Positions 10,204 through 20,924 of a stretch of DNA of 64,000 nt are shown here, one piece after another. Both the position numbers and the translations under genes were made by a program. The stretch's first letter is position 1. Each line of letters starts with the position of its first letter. Source of the DNA: an uncultured Fibrobacteria bacterium (GTDB lineage Bacteria; Fibrobacterota; Fibrobacteria; UBA11236); contig OY970309.1 in NCBI GenBank assembly GCA_963716395.1, forward strand, positions 2,496,001-2,560,000, written 5' to 3'. A model generated the notes under the pieces. That model was not told the origin of the DNA and did no database searches. It saw only the letters and a list, made by a program, of their open reading frames with translations.

Positions 10204-11060
10204 GCCGCCCATCCGACGGCGGCCTGCGGACCCGCGAACACCACGTGGCCGTAACGTTTTCCCGGCAGACGAGACGGCAAAACCCCGGGATCGGGCAAAG
10301 GTTCCAGGCGGCGTCGGGGTTCGTCGACCCAGGCGAGTCGAAAGCGCAAATCGATCAAATCAGCGAGTATCGCAACCGGATCTTCGCCGGCTTGGGCCAG
10401 CCCATAGGGCCAGAATTCCAGCAGTCCCTGCAGGCGCGGGTTAGCCTGCAACAACCCGCGCATGCCCCGCAAGGCGCGGCCTTCGCCGCCTTGAATGTCG
10501 AGCTTGACGCAGTCGACGCGGAACTGATCGTGCAGAAACTCGTCCAGCGCCACCATGGAAATGGGTTGGAGCGCAGTTTGGCCGTCCCGGGTTTTTCGCA
10601 CGCGGTGGTCGCCGCTGTTGCAGGCGGAACGTTGTAAATACGCCGGTGCCGTCGCGTCGCCGGCCGCCAAGCCCAAGGCACGCACATTGGCGGCACCGTT
10701 GGCGAGCAGGTTCTCCGTCAGCGCCGCATGGTTCACGGGATCGGCTTCGAAAGCGAAGACGTTTCCGTTGGGGCCGACCCAATCGGAAAAGGCCAGGGTA
10801 TAAAGACCCAGATTGGCCCCGAGGTCCAACGCCGTACCGCCGGCCAGACACATGGGGCGCAGGACTTCGAGCAGAAAAGCATCCGGGGCGAACAGGCGGT
10901 GCGTTTGCAAATACAACCAGCGATCCAGGCAGGGCGCGCGCATGGTCCGGCCGCCGAGGGTGACGGCGAACCGGTGCCAGGGAAAAGGGAGGGCGTTGAC
11001 CCAGGCGCCGGCGCCTGCGACCCAGGGATTTTGCAAAAGATTCTGCCAAAGCGCCTGCAT
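10200..11060 (-). CDS. FkbM family methyltransferase
   Basis: LDLGANLGLYT, FAFEADP, VKLDIQGGE, LEFWP motifs. Confidence 0.9.
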   Translation of the reverse strand: MQALWQNLLQNPWVAGAGAWVNALPFPWHRFAVTLGGRTMRAPCLDRWLYLQTHRLFAPDAFLLEVLRPMCLAGGTALDLGANLGLYTLAFSDWVGPNGNVFAFEADPVNHAALTENLLANGAANVRALGLAAGDATAPAYLQRSACNSGDHRVRKTRDGQTALQPISMVALDEFLHDQFRVDCVKLDIQGGEGRALRGMRGLLQANPRLQGLLEFWPYGLAQAGEDPVAILADLIDLRFRLAWVDEPRRRLEPLPDPGVLPSRLPGKRYGHVVFAGPQAAVGWAA

Positions 11061-11196
11061 GGGGGCCGAAGCGTCGATGCCGGATTATACCATGCTCCGT
11101 GGTTGCCGCACGATGTAAAGCCACCCGGGCCGAATCCTTGGTCGTGGACCGGGGCGCGGATTCGGCTTCGGATTTCGGCACCCTTCCTCTGGCACC

Positions 11197-11226
11197 TTGA
11201 CAAGCTCTTGCAACGAGAGTGATATT
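11197..11226 (+). promoter_or_regulatory. Putative sigma70 promoter for the EamA leader
   Basis: TTGACA (11197-11202), 18-nt spacer, GATATT (11221-11226). The leader ATG starts 7 nt downstream, compatible with a leaderless transcript. Confidence 0.5.
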
Positions 11227-11232
11227 GGGTGC

Positions 11233-11343
11233 ATGACTTCGGTCCAAATCCGGTTTTCACTATCCGTGCAGCTTCCGATTGCCGCCCCCAAAAAAGGCCT
11301 GGCTTGGATTGTGCGCGCGCATGCGGGAGAGGGAGCGGGTTAG
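11233..11343 (+). CDS. Putative attenuator leader peptide (36 aa) upstream of the EamA transporter
   Basis: MTSVQIRFSLSVQLPIAAPKKGLAWIVRAHAGEGAG*. Its last codons (GGAGAGGGAGCGGGTT) can pair over 16 nt with the terminator 5' arm. Confidence 0.55.
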   Translation: MTSVQIRFSLSVQLPIAAPKKGLAWIVRAHAGEGAG

Positions 11344-11368
11344 CCGGGTCGGATAACCAATCAGGTCG

Positions 11369-11410
11369 AAAAGGCCCGCTCCCTTTCCGGGGGGCGGGCC
11401 TTTTTTGTTT
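11369..11410 (+). terminator. Intrinsic terminator directly upstream of the EamA start codon
   Basis: AAAAGGCCCGCTCCC-TTTCCG-GGGGGCGGGCC-TTTTTTGTTT. Confidence 0.85.
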
Positions 11411-11420
11411 GGGGGAAAAA

Positions 11421-12326
11421 ATGTCGGCATCTCGATCTTCGCCCTATGTGGGTTATGGCGCCGCGGTCTTATCTGCCGTGCTCTTCTCCATGAAGGGCAT
11501 CTTCATCAAGCTCGCCTATGCGGCCCAGGCCACGCCCCTGGATTTCGTGGCTTTGCGGTTCGGCTTTGCCATGCCGGTTTTCGCGTGGATCGCCTGGAAA
11601 GGGGGTAATACCGGAGCTACGGCGCCCCGGCCAGCGGCCAAGGATTGGGCCTTGACTGCGCTCGCGGCCCTGTTGGGCTATTACGCCGCCAGCTTCATGG
11701 ATTTCGAGGGCTTGCGTTTTATTTCCGTGGGATTGGAACGCATCATCTTGTACTTGCATCCAACCTTGGTGGTGCTTTTGATCGCCGCCTTGGGGCGCCG
11801 CCGCATTCGCCGCGTCACTTGGGCGGCGCTCGGCTGTTCTTATCTCGGATTGGCCCTGTGCTTCTCGGATGAGATCCGGGTTACGGATCACCACGGAACC
11901 TGGTTGGGAGCGGGGCTGATCCTCGGTTCCGCGGCCTGTTATGCTCTGTTCCTGGTATTGGCCGAAGGACTGATTTCCCGCATCGGGACTCATCGCTTCA
12001 CCGCCACGGGAATGTTGATCGCCACCGTGATTTTCGTGTTTCAAGACTTGGTCCACAACCCCCATTCGTTTTTGGGGTATGGCCCGCGGGTGTACGGATT
12101 GGCCCTGGGCATGGCGGTGGTGGGCACTTTGCTTCCGGTGTATTTGTTCGGCGTCGCGCTGCAAAGGATTGGGGCGTCGCGCCTGTGCATCGCCGGCATG
12201 GTCGGACCCGTTTCCGTGCTTCCCCTGGCGGGATTTTTCCTCGGGGAATCTGCGGGAGTATTGAAATGGGTGGGGTTTGCCTTCACGCTGGTCGGTGGAA
12301 TCATCCTGACCCGGGAAAAAAAATGA
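11421..12326 (+). CDS. DMT/EamA family transporter
   Basis: About 10 TM helices in two EamA repeats: FSMKGIFIKLAY, ISVGLERIILYLHPT, IGASR...GPV...FLGE. Confidence 0.9.
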   Translation: MSASRSSPYVGYGAAVLSAVLFSMKGIFIKLAYAAQATPLDFVALRFGFAMPVFAWIAWKGGNTGATAPRPAAKDWALTALAALLGYYAASFMDFEGLRFISVGLERIILYLHPTLVVLLIAALGRRRIRRVTWAALGCSYLGLALCFSDEIRVTDHHGTWLGAGLILGSAACYALFLVLAEGLISRIGTHRFTATGMLIATVIFVFQDLVHNPHSFLGYGPRVYGLALGMAVVGTLLPVYLFGVALQRIGASRLCIAGMVGPVSVLPLAGFFLGESAGVLKWVGFAFTLVGGIILTREKK

Positions 12327-12399
12327 ATGGTAGGTCGCGCTTCGCGCCGCTACGCTTCGACCAAGCGTGGGGGCGCGAACCGGCCTCCGCCCGGCTTCC

Positions 12400-13167
12400 T
12401 CAGGAATGACGGCTTTTTTCTTCCGCCAGCATTTCCAGCCAACGCCGCAGTTCCGCCAACTCGAATTGGCCGCGCGGGTTTTCGTCGGGGTGGATCATCA
12501 GCTCGAAGTTTTGCTGCGGATTTTGCGCCACGCGCTGGGCGAACGACTGAAAGGCTGCGGCGGTGAAATGCAGGCTGGCACCCACCCCGAAAAAATGCTC
12601 GTCCGCCCCATGGCGCCGCAGCCAGGCCAAAGTTTGCAAAGCCAGACCAAAGGGGAAATTTTTGCGGGCGGCGTGCCCGGTGCCTTCCCAAGGCACGCGC
12701 AACCTCGGAATGGAAAACTCGCCCTGCAAGCGCCGGCCCACCACCCACAGGCCCGGCAGCACATGCACGTGCTGGTGGCTGTCGAGATGGGAAAGAGTGC
12801 GGCCGCCGAGCCGCTCCCGCAGGAGTTGGATTTGCGCGCGCCATTCCTGGTAGACGGCCGCAGGGGCGATTTTTCCCCGGAGATAGGCGCGCAAAAAGGC
12901 ACGGTAATCGCTGGGTGGTCCGTCGGAAAAGCCCGGGGGCTTGGTCAGGAAGGGGACCTCCAAAAAGGTGAGATGGGCGCCGATGCGCAGCTCCGGCCGC
13001 GCCGCCACGGCGCGCAACCGGGATGCGGTTTGCGCATCGGAAAAAGGCGTGACGCTGATTGAATTGATCAACCCCGCCTCCGCCGCAGCCGTGATGGCGC
13101 GCGAAACGGAAGGCGAAAGGCCGAAGTCGTCGGCATTAACGCGCAAGTTACCCGGAATCGGTATCAT
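12400..13167 (-). CDS. YdjC/ChbG/HpnK family carbohydrate deacetylase
   Basis: VNADDFGLS, GAHLT, HLDSHQHVHVLP, ELMIHP. Confidence 0.9.
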   Translation of the reverse strand: MIPIPGNLRVNADDFGLSPSVSRAITAAAEAGLINSISVTPFSDAQTASRLRAVAARPELRIGAHLTFLEVPFLTKPPGFSDGPPSDYRAFLRAYLRGKIAPAAVYQEWRAQIQLLRERLGGRTLSHLDSHQHVHVLPGLWVVGRRLQGEFSIPRLRVPWEGTGHAARKNFPFGLALQTLAWLRRHGADEHFFGVGASLHFTAAAFQSFAQRVAQNPQQNFELMIHPDENPRGQFELAELRRWLEMLAEEKSRHS

Positions 13168-13943
13168 GGAGCGGTCGGAATTTCCGCGAGCCTCGGCTGT
13201 TGCAGCAAGGCCTCGATGGCCGTGGCCAGAAATTCTTCGCAACCTCCGGCCGCGGGCAACGGCAGGGTCGGCCAACCGAATTTGAGGCGGTAATCGGGTC
13301 GCGAGAAATAGCGGTCCAGGGCGCACAGGCAAAGTCCTGCCGCCGTGGCTCCGCGCCGGAAGCGGCGCAGCGAGAAACGGGTGGCGAACACCGATGCCAT
13401 GTCCCGTTCCAGTGCGGCTTGCTGCTTGTAGGCATTGCCCCGCAAGGTCACGAGACGGCGGAACCAGGGCTCGGGCAAGAGGTGAATCCACGGCAGCCGC
13501 GCCCAAAGCCCCTGGCCATTATGCTGGTGGCCGCCGAAGGGCCCGGCAAACGGGGCGAAACTGGCGAACAGGTAACCTCCCGGTTTCAGCAGGCGGGCGG
13601 CCCGTTCCAGGGCCGCTTCGGGGCGGACGATGTGCTCCAGCACGTCGCGCATCAAAATCAAGTCATAGGGACCGCCGCTCCAGTCGAAAAAATCGTCCGC
13701 GGAAAGAGCCACGGCGGCGGGCAGGCGGCCGCGGCCGGCGGCGATCATGGTCGGGTCGAGGTCGATGCCGTGCACGGCCCAATCGGGCGCGGCGGCATGC
13801 AAGGCTTGCAGGGTGCCGCCGTAGCCGCAACCCACGTCGAGAACGGCGCCGCACGCCGGCAAGGCGCCGTGACCCCGCAGCCAGGGCAAGAGATGGACGC
13901 GCGCCAAATCGGCCTCGTAGCGGAAATAATCGGTGATGGCCAT
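13164..13943 (-). CDS. Class I SAM-dependent methyltransferase
   Basis: VLDVGCGYGG, DVLEHI, LLKPGG, PFGGHQH. Confidence 0.9.
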   Translation of the reverse strand: MAITDYFRYEADLARVHLLPWLRGHGALPACGAVLDVGCGYGGTLQALHAAAPDWAVHGIDLDPTMIAAGRGRLPAAVALSADDFFDWSGGPYDLILMRDVLEHIVRPEAALERAARLLKPGGYLFASFAPFAGPFGGHQHNGQGLWARLPWIHLLPEPWFRRLVTLRGNAYKQQAALERDMASVFATRFSLRRFRRGATAAGLCLCALDRYFSRPDYRLKFGWPTLPLPAAGGCEEFLATAIEALLQQPRLAEIPTAP

Positions 13944-14193
13944 GCGGCTCCCGCGTCATTGTCCGCTTTTTTCGCGCCGCGGAAAAGGGGCGGAACCAAC
14001 GAATTCTTTTTGCTTCAGGTCGTTCCCATCTCACCGGCGGTACGCGGCGATCACGAATCGTTCCTGCTTCGTTTTTTGTCGTCGCGACCGTGCCCGGTTG
14101 GAAAACCCTTGTATTTATGGTTCCCGCCATGGGTAACACGCAAGTTGCCAGGCGCGGGTGGGCGCAGTCGTTGCCCGCAGCCGGGAGGGAGAT

Positions 14194-14652
14194 ATGAAAA
14201 CATCGTCGGAGTTCTCGTGTACGCGCCGAGAATTTTTTGCCCGGGCCGCGGGGGTCGCGGCCGTCGCCTTGGCCGGCGGTTACTTCGAGGGCTGCGCCTT
14301 GAAGCCGGTGGGACCGCCGTCTTCGGGCACCACCACCGTGAATCTTTCCAATCCCAAGTACGCCGCCTTGCTTTCCCCGGGCGGGGCCATGAAAGTGCCT
14401 TGGAAAAGCAATGAATTGCCGATTATCGTGCGCTGCCGCGGCACGGGCGTTTACGAAGCCTATTCCTCTTCCTGCCCGCATGCCGGTTGCGAAGTCACCT
14501 TGCCCGACGCGTCGGGCATCATCGATTGCAATTGCCACGGCTCGGAATTCAATGCCGACGGCCAACTCTTGCGGGGGCCAGCGCGCAGCAATCTGTATCC
14601 CGCCTCTTCGGTCAGTCTTTCCGGCAACACCCTCACCATCACCTTTGGATAA
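14194..14652 (+). CDS. Tat-exported Rieske [2Fe-2S] protein (probable lipoprotein)
   Basis: TRREFF twin-arginine signal ending EGC. Rieske boxes CPHAGC and CNCHGS. RBS GGGAGGGAG. Confidence 0.9.
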   Translation: MKTSSEFSCTRREFFARAAGVAAVALAGGYFEGCALKPVGPPSSGTTTVNLSNPKYAALLSPGGAMKVPWKSNELPIIVRCRGTGVYEAYSSSCPHAGCEVTLPDASGIIDCNCHGSEFNADGQLLRGPARSNLYPASSVSLSGNTLTITFG

Positions 14653-14654
14653 GC

Positions 14655-15446
14655 ATGCCTGCTTCCGCGAAGTTTTTCCTCGTATCGTTTCTGGGCTGGG
14701 GGGCGTTTTCCGCCGCGGCCGGGACCAATTCGCCGCTTCCGGGGTCGGACGAAGCCGCACGTCCCGAGGCGGTTTCGGCGGCGCCCGGTGTTCCTGGGGA
14801 GGCGACGGTTGCCACCGTGATCGCCCTTCCCGTCGACAGCGCATCGTCCGCGGCGGTTCCGCCGGCGATGGTGCCCGCGCTCGGCGCCACCGAGGCCGGC
14901 GCCGCGTTGGACACGATTCCGCTTCTTCCCGATCACATCAGTCCCATTGAAAAACTGCTGTGGGGCGAGCATGGGTGGGTGCGATCCTTGGCCTCGGATC
15001 CGCTTAATAAGGAAGATCGCGAAAAAGAAATGCGCGTGCGCCGCGCCATGCTCACCACCCATCAAATCATGGGGTTCTGCACGCTCGGGTCGTTGATCAC
15101 CACGCTGGTGTATGGGCAAATGGTGCTCGACGGCCGCGGCGATATGCGCCGCTCGCATTTCATGTGGGCCGACATCTCCATCGCTTCCTATTCCCTCACG
15201 GCCCTACTGGCCCTGGCCTCGCCGCCGCCGCTGGTGCGGCGACCGGGCTGGAACACGATCAAATGGCATAAAGCTCTGGCTTGCGTGCATTTCACCGGCA
15301 TGGTGTTGACACCCATTCTGGGATCGATCATCAAAGGCCAGATCCGCCAGGGCGAAAACCCGGTGGGGTTGGAGCGGTTCCACCAGATTTCGGGATATGT
15401 CACCACTTCGGCCTTGGCCGCGGCCATGATGGTCGTTACGTTTTAG
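14655..15446 (+). CDS. Membrane protein with signal peptide and 4 His-bearing TM helices (cytochrome b561-like, tentative)
   Basis: His at the start of each of four TM helices (THQ, SHF, WHK..VHF, FHQ). Lies between the Rieske and YceI genes. Confidence 0.55.
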   Translation: MPASAKFFLVSFLGWGAFSAAAGTNSPLPGSDEAARPEAVSAAPGVPGEATVATVIALPVDSASSAAVPPAMVPALGATEAGAALDTIPLLPDHISPIEKLLWGEHGWVRSLASDPLNKEDREKEMRVRRAMLTTHQIMGFCTLGSLITTLVYGQMVLDGRGDMRRSHFMWADISIASYSLTALLALASPPPLVRRPGWNTIKWHKALACVHFTGMVLTPILGSIIKGQIRQGENPVGLERFHQISGYVTTSALAAAMMVVTF

Positions 15447-15455
15447 GAGGATCTC

Positions 15456-16022
15456 ATGCGTCCCTTTTACATCGCCCTGGCCGTGTTGGCCCTGCCCTTC
15501 GGTCTGCGCGCGAAAACCTATCAGGCCGTGCGGGGCGAATCGACCCTGACCTATGTGCTGGTGCATCCGCTGCACGTCATCCGCGGGGTGAACAAGAATT
15601 TCGACTGCACCGTGGAAATGCCCGAAGATCCGCCCCAGGATTTTTCCCGGGTGCGCATCCATGCCGTGGCCGATGTACTCGGCTTCAATACCGGCAATTC
15701 TAACCGCGATTCCCACGCCATGGAAGTGGTCGATGCCATGCGCTATCCCAAGGTCGAATTCACCGGGACGGCCGTGGGCCCCGAAGGCCACGGGTACCGG
15801 GTCGCCGGCCGATTGCGCTTTCACGGGCAGGAACATCCCGTGAGTTTTGTAATGATTCCGACCTTCGCGGGCCGCAAGGTGACGCTCACCGGCGCATTCA
15901 CCGTGCTGCTTTCCGACTACGGCGTGCCGCGCCCCTCTTTGCTGCTCATTCCCGTGCACAACGAGATGCAGATTCTCATCAAAGCCGTGGCTTACCGCGA
16001 TTCATCCGCGTCCGGTTCCTAG
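15456..16022 (+). CDS. YceI family (polyisoprenoid-binding) protein
   Basis: Signal peptide, FNTGNSNRDSH, YPKVEF, GRLRFHG, LSDYGV. Confidence 0.9.
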   Translation: MRPFYIALAVLALPFGLRAKTYQAVRGESTLTYVLVHPLHVIRGVNKNFDCTVEMPEDPPQDFSRVRIHAVADVLGFNTGNSNRDSHAMEVVDAMRYPKVEFTGTAVGPEGHGYRVAGRLRFHGQEHPVSFVMIPTFAGRKVTLTGAFTVLLSDYGVPRPSLLLIPVHNEMQILIKAVAYRDSSASGS

Positions 16023-16034
16023 GCGCGTCCGGCT

Positions 16035-16703
16035 TCATTCCGCCGGGCGCAGAATCAGGAGATCCGAAGGCGGCGTGGTGGGCAGCGGCACGGTGCGCGC
16101 CGCGGCGCCGAGCTTGCGGGCCCGCGACGCGAACCATTCCGGGTTTTCGGACGAGGCCACGGCGCCCGACGATTGGGTGTGGCCCAGGGCCACCATGATC
16201 CGTTCCTGGGCAAAGGTGCGCCAGCGTGGCCAACCGCGCAGCGCCGGCAGGATTTTGAGCAGCAGGGCGCCGTCGCGCTGCGGGGCGAGCAATCCCCAGG
16301 CGAAGGACAGCATCGCGTCCTGTAAATCCAGGGGTAACAGGTAGAATACGTCGAGCGCGACGACGGCATCGAAGTCCCGGGGCAAAGCCTTCCAGGCGCG
16401 GGCGTCGCCGGCAAAGAGGTGGAAACCGTTTACGGCGCCGGCGGCGAGCCCGGCTTGGGCCAGGGCGATTTTGCGGGCATCGATGTCGCAAGCGAAATAT
16501 TCGATCTCGGGCCGGACTTCGCGCAGATACCAGCCGAAATGTGCGAAGCCGCAACCCAGGTCGAGCAGCTTGCCCCGCAAGGGGAGATACGGCAGCAACT
16601 CGGCATAGGGGCAGCGCTGCAGCCGCTGCGCCAAGTGAAAGCGATTCCAGGTCGAAGCCGTGGGATAACGGGCGACGATGCGCCGGATGCAGGCGGAGTC
16701 CAC
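16035..16703 (-). CDS. Class I SAM-dependent methyltransferase
   Basis: LLDLGCGFAH, CDIDARKI, DVFYLL. Confidence 0.8.
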   Translation of the reverse strand: MDSACIRRIVARYPTASTWNRFHLAQRLQRCPYAELLPYLPLRGKLLDLGCGFAHFGWYLREVRPEIEYFACDIDARKIALAQAGLAAGAVNGFHLFAGDARAWKALPRDFDAVVALDVFYLLPLDLQDAMLSFAWGLLAPQRDGALLLKILPALRGWPRWRTFAQERIMVALGHTQSSGAVASSENPEWFASRARKLGAAARTVPLPTTPPSDLLILRPAE

Positions 16704-16716
16704 GGCCTCCAGCGTA

Positions 16717-17625
16717 TCATTCGGCTTGCGTTGCGGGCCAGACAGACTCCGCGGCGGCCGGCGCGGCGGCGGGGATTTTTTTGGTCCCTGGCAACAGGGG
16801 TTTGATGAACAGCCCGATGAGGGCGGGCAACAGCAAAGAGGCTGCGGTTTGCAAAAAGGCGGCAGCCAGCACGGTATGGGCGTCCCAGCCCGACTTCTGT
16901 AGCAGCCAGGCCGTCGAGCCTTCGCGCAATCCCAGATTGGCCACGGTGATTTGCACCGAGTTGGCCCATTGGATCAAGGCCAGATTGCCCGCCAGGCGCA
17001 GAAAGGGCGCCGGGCCTGCGCCCAAGGCCGACAGAAAACAACGCATCTGCGCCCATTCGCAGCCGTACGCCGCCACGCCGATGGCCAGGGCCGCAAGTGC
17101 GGGCTTCCATCCCAAGCTCGCGGCTTCGGGCCAAAAATGTTTCCAGGCTTGCGCCACCCGGCTTGGCGCCGGCAGGGCCGCGGACAAAAGGCGCACCAAC
17201 CGCAACCATAACGGCACGGCCGACAGCAGCAGACAGGCGACCAGGGTCGCGAGAAAGGCGGCGGGTCCGCCCAAGGCACCCAGGGCCGGCAAGGCCCACC
17301 AGCCCACGGCGGTAAAGTCGATCCAGTTGTCCATCACCGTGAGACCCGCGGCCCGTAACCCATGAGTTTCGGGGTAGGGAAGATACATCCCCCGCAGGCA
17401 CTCGCCGGCTTTGCCCGGGGTGATCAGCGACAGCGGCAAGGCGCCGAGATAGCTGCGCAGGGCCTGCGCCCAGGTCGCCGGCGCGCAGGTGCGGATCAAG
17501 GTGCGCCATTTCCAGGCGCGCAAGGCCAAAAGCGGCGGGAGCAAAGCCAGGCCGGCGATCAAAGGCCCGAGCCGGAACACGTGAAAGCCATGCCAGACCT
17601 GCGATCGATGGAATTGCACTCCCAC
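16717..17625 (-). CDS. Lysylphosphatidylglycerol synthase TM-region (UPF0104/AglD2 flippase-like) membrane protein; true start probably further upstream
   Basis: RAWKW, ITPGKAGE..R, ITVANLGLREG, multiple TM helices. Confidence 0.8.
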   Translation of the reverse strand: MGVQFHRSQVWHGFHVFRLGPLIAGLALLPPLLALRAWKWRTLIRTCAPATWAQALRSYLGALPLSLITPGKAGECLRGMYLPYPETHGLRAAGLTVMDNWIDFTAVGWWALPALGALGGPAAFLATLVACLLLSAVPLWLRLVRLLSAALPAPSRVAQAWKHFWPEAASLGWKPALAALAIGVAAYGCEWAQMRCFLSALGAGPAPFLRLAGNLALIQWANSVQITVANLGLREGSTAWLLQKSGWDAHTVLAAAFLQTAASLLLPALIGLFIKPLLPGTKKIPAAAPAAAESVWPATQAE

Positions 17626-17693
17626 CGCGGCCAGGCAGGCGGTGGTGAGTAGAATGCGAAATCCGAGCAGAAATCGGCCGTAGCGGAAGCGGG

Positions 17694-19035
<1,342 letters not shown>

Positions 19036-19044
19036 ACAGCGAAA

Positions 19045-19266
19045 TCAGGCGCGTCCGGTACGTTTCGCCTTGGTGATCCAATCCTCGGTCAGGGGAAACT
19101 CCTTCGTTACGGGCGGCGGTGGATTGGGGACCTGGCAAGGCGCTGCCAGCGCTTCATCCAGAATGGCACGGATTTCCCCGCTCTTGGATCGATGATGCTC
19201 GTTGGCCTTGGTTTTCAGGCCTTTGGGCAACCACACGGGCAACCATTTGATGAGAAACGCGGCCAC
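19045..19266 (-). CDS. FitA/Arc-like ribbon-helix-helix antitoxin
   Basis: Beta-helix-helix pattern FLIKWLP...LKTKANEHHRSKSGEIRAILDEAL, tail LTEDWITKAKRTGRA. Confidence 0.65.
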   Translation of the reverse strand: MAAFLIKWLPVWLPKGLKTKANEHHRSKSGEIRAILDEALAAPCQVPNPPPPVTKEFPLTEDWITKAKRTGRA

Positions 19267-19460
19267 TCGAAAAGTATACCAAAAATATAGCGGACGGAAA
19301 TTTTCCGGCGTCGGAGCGGGAACGAAAGGCAGCCGCCATCGCGTCTTCCGGGGGACCGCCCCGTACCGCTCTGGGCGCAGGCCGTGGCACAGCGCTCGAA
19401 CCGCGCGCGAGGGGCTCGTATACTAGGATTCGTATACTTTGATGTGACGGAGGGCACAAC

Positions 19461-20330
19461 ATGAAGATCAACACCGAAGATTTCCAGGTTGCTGCCGGCA
19501 AAACCGTCGATCTTAAACAATGGCCCACGCGGGTGAAACCGTATTACGGATCGAAAGAAGCTTATCGGCATCTGCTCGGCTCCCATGTGGAAGAATTACA
19601 GGCGCTGCAGGAGTTGCTGTACGCCGCGGACAGTTACGCCCTGCTTCTGATTTTCCAGGGTATGGACGCGGCCGGAAAAGATGGGGCCATCAAGCACGTC
19701 ATGTCGGGCATCAATCCCCAGGGCTGCCAGGTGTTCAGCTTCAAGCATCCGGGCCCTGAAGATCTGGAACATGACTTTCTGTGGCGCGCCGCGCGCTGCC
19801 TGCCCGAGCGGGGCCGCATCGGTATTTTCAACCGATCCTATTATGAAGAGGCGCTGATCGTGCGCGTGCATCCGGAAATCCTGCGGGGCGAAAGAATCCC
19901 CGGCGATTTGCTGGCGGACAAAGATGTGTGGAAGCACCGCTACCGCTCCATGCTCGAATTCGAGCGGCATCTGCACGGCAACGGCACCCGCATTCGCAAA
20001 TTCTTTCTCCATCTCTCCAAAGAGGAACAACGCCGACGATTTCTCAGCCGGCTGGACGAACCCGCGAAAAACTGGAAGTTCACCATGGCCGACATCGAAG
20101 AGCGTCAATATTGGAAGCATTACATGAAGGTTTACGGAGCCTGCCTTGCGGCCACCAGTACGCGTCATGCACCCTGGTTCGTGGTGCCGGCCGACGACAA
20201 GGACAATGCTCGGCTCATCATTTCCGAAATCGTCCTAGACGCCCTGCGTGACCTGAAGATGTCTTATCCGAAGCCCGACGCTGCCCGCCGCAAAGAACTG
20301 CGGACCATCCGCGCTCGGCTGCAGAAATGA
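19461..20330 (+). CDS. ppk2: Polyphosphate kinase 2 family protein (class III-like)
   Basis: Walker [30 protein letters not shown]. Confidence 0.93.
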   Translation: MKINTEDFQVAAGKTVDLKQWPTRVKPYYGSKEAYRHLLGSHVEELQALQELLYAADSYALLLIFQGMDAAGKDGAIKHVMSGINPQGCQVFSFKHPGPEDLEHDFLWRAARCLPERGRIGIFNRSYYEEALIVRVHPEILRGERIPGDLLADKDVWKHRYRSMLEFERHLHGNGTRIRKFFLHLSKEEQRRRFLSRLDEPAKNWKFTMADIEERQYWKHYMKVYGACLAATSTRHAPWFVVPADDKDNARLIISEIVLDALRDLKMSYPKPDAARRKELRTIRARLQK

Positions 20331-20339
20331 CGACGGCGG

Positions 20340-20924
20340 TTATTTGACGAGGGTTTGCAATTCCTTGAACTCGGGCGTGCCGGCCTTGCGCAGCCATTCG
20401 AAGATCACCATTTCGGTCGTCACGCGCTGGACTCCCTGCCCTTCGAGCCGGCGCAAGGCGGTGTCGCGATCCACGGCTTTGCGTGAGGCTACGGCGTCTT
20501 CGACCACATAAACCTGGCCGCCCAGGTTTTGCATCACATCCAAGGCGGTCTGCAGAATGCAGACGTGGGTTTCCACGCCGCAGAACACGAATTGATTCCG
20601 CTTCGCGACCCGCACGGCCTGGGCCCATTCGGGCACGTCGAAGGCGCTGAAGGCGAGCTTGGCGAAAACCGGCGTTCCGGGCTTGAGCGCGGCCTTGAGA
20701 TCGCCCACCGTCGGGCCCAGGGCTTGCGGATATTGCTCCGAAACCACGGTGGGCACGCCCAGCCGCGCCGCGGTTTTGGCCAAAATGGCCGCGCGTTTGA
20801 CCACGTCGGCCATGCCCGTCACCACCGGTAAAAACTTTTCCTGCGAGTCGACGACCAGCAGCAACGAGCGGCTCGCATCGAGCAGCAAAGGATTGCGGCG
20901 GTCTTCTTTTTCCGGGAGGAACAT
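20340..20924 (-). CDS. Isochorismatase family hydrolase
   Basis: VVDSQEK, SEQYPQALG, KLAFS, GVETHVCILQT. Confidence 0.9.
   Translation of the reverse strand: MFLPEKEDRRNPLLLDASRSLLLVVDSQEKFLPVVTGMADVVKRAAILAKTAARLGVPTVVSEQYPQALGPTVGDLKAALKPGTPVFAKLAFSAFDVPEWAQAVRVAKRNQFVFCGVETHVCILQTALDVMQNLGGQVYVVEDAVASRKAVDRDTALRRLEGQGVQRVTTEMVIFEWLRKAGTPEFKELQTLVK

Noticed and set aside
11229-11420. N-terminal extension of the EamA ORF as listed in the track
   Set aside because: It crosses the terminator hairpin and is hydrophilic. EamA similarity starts at ATG 11421.
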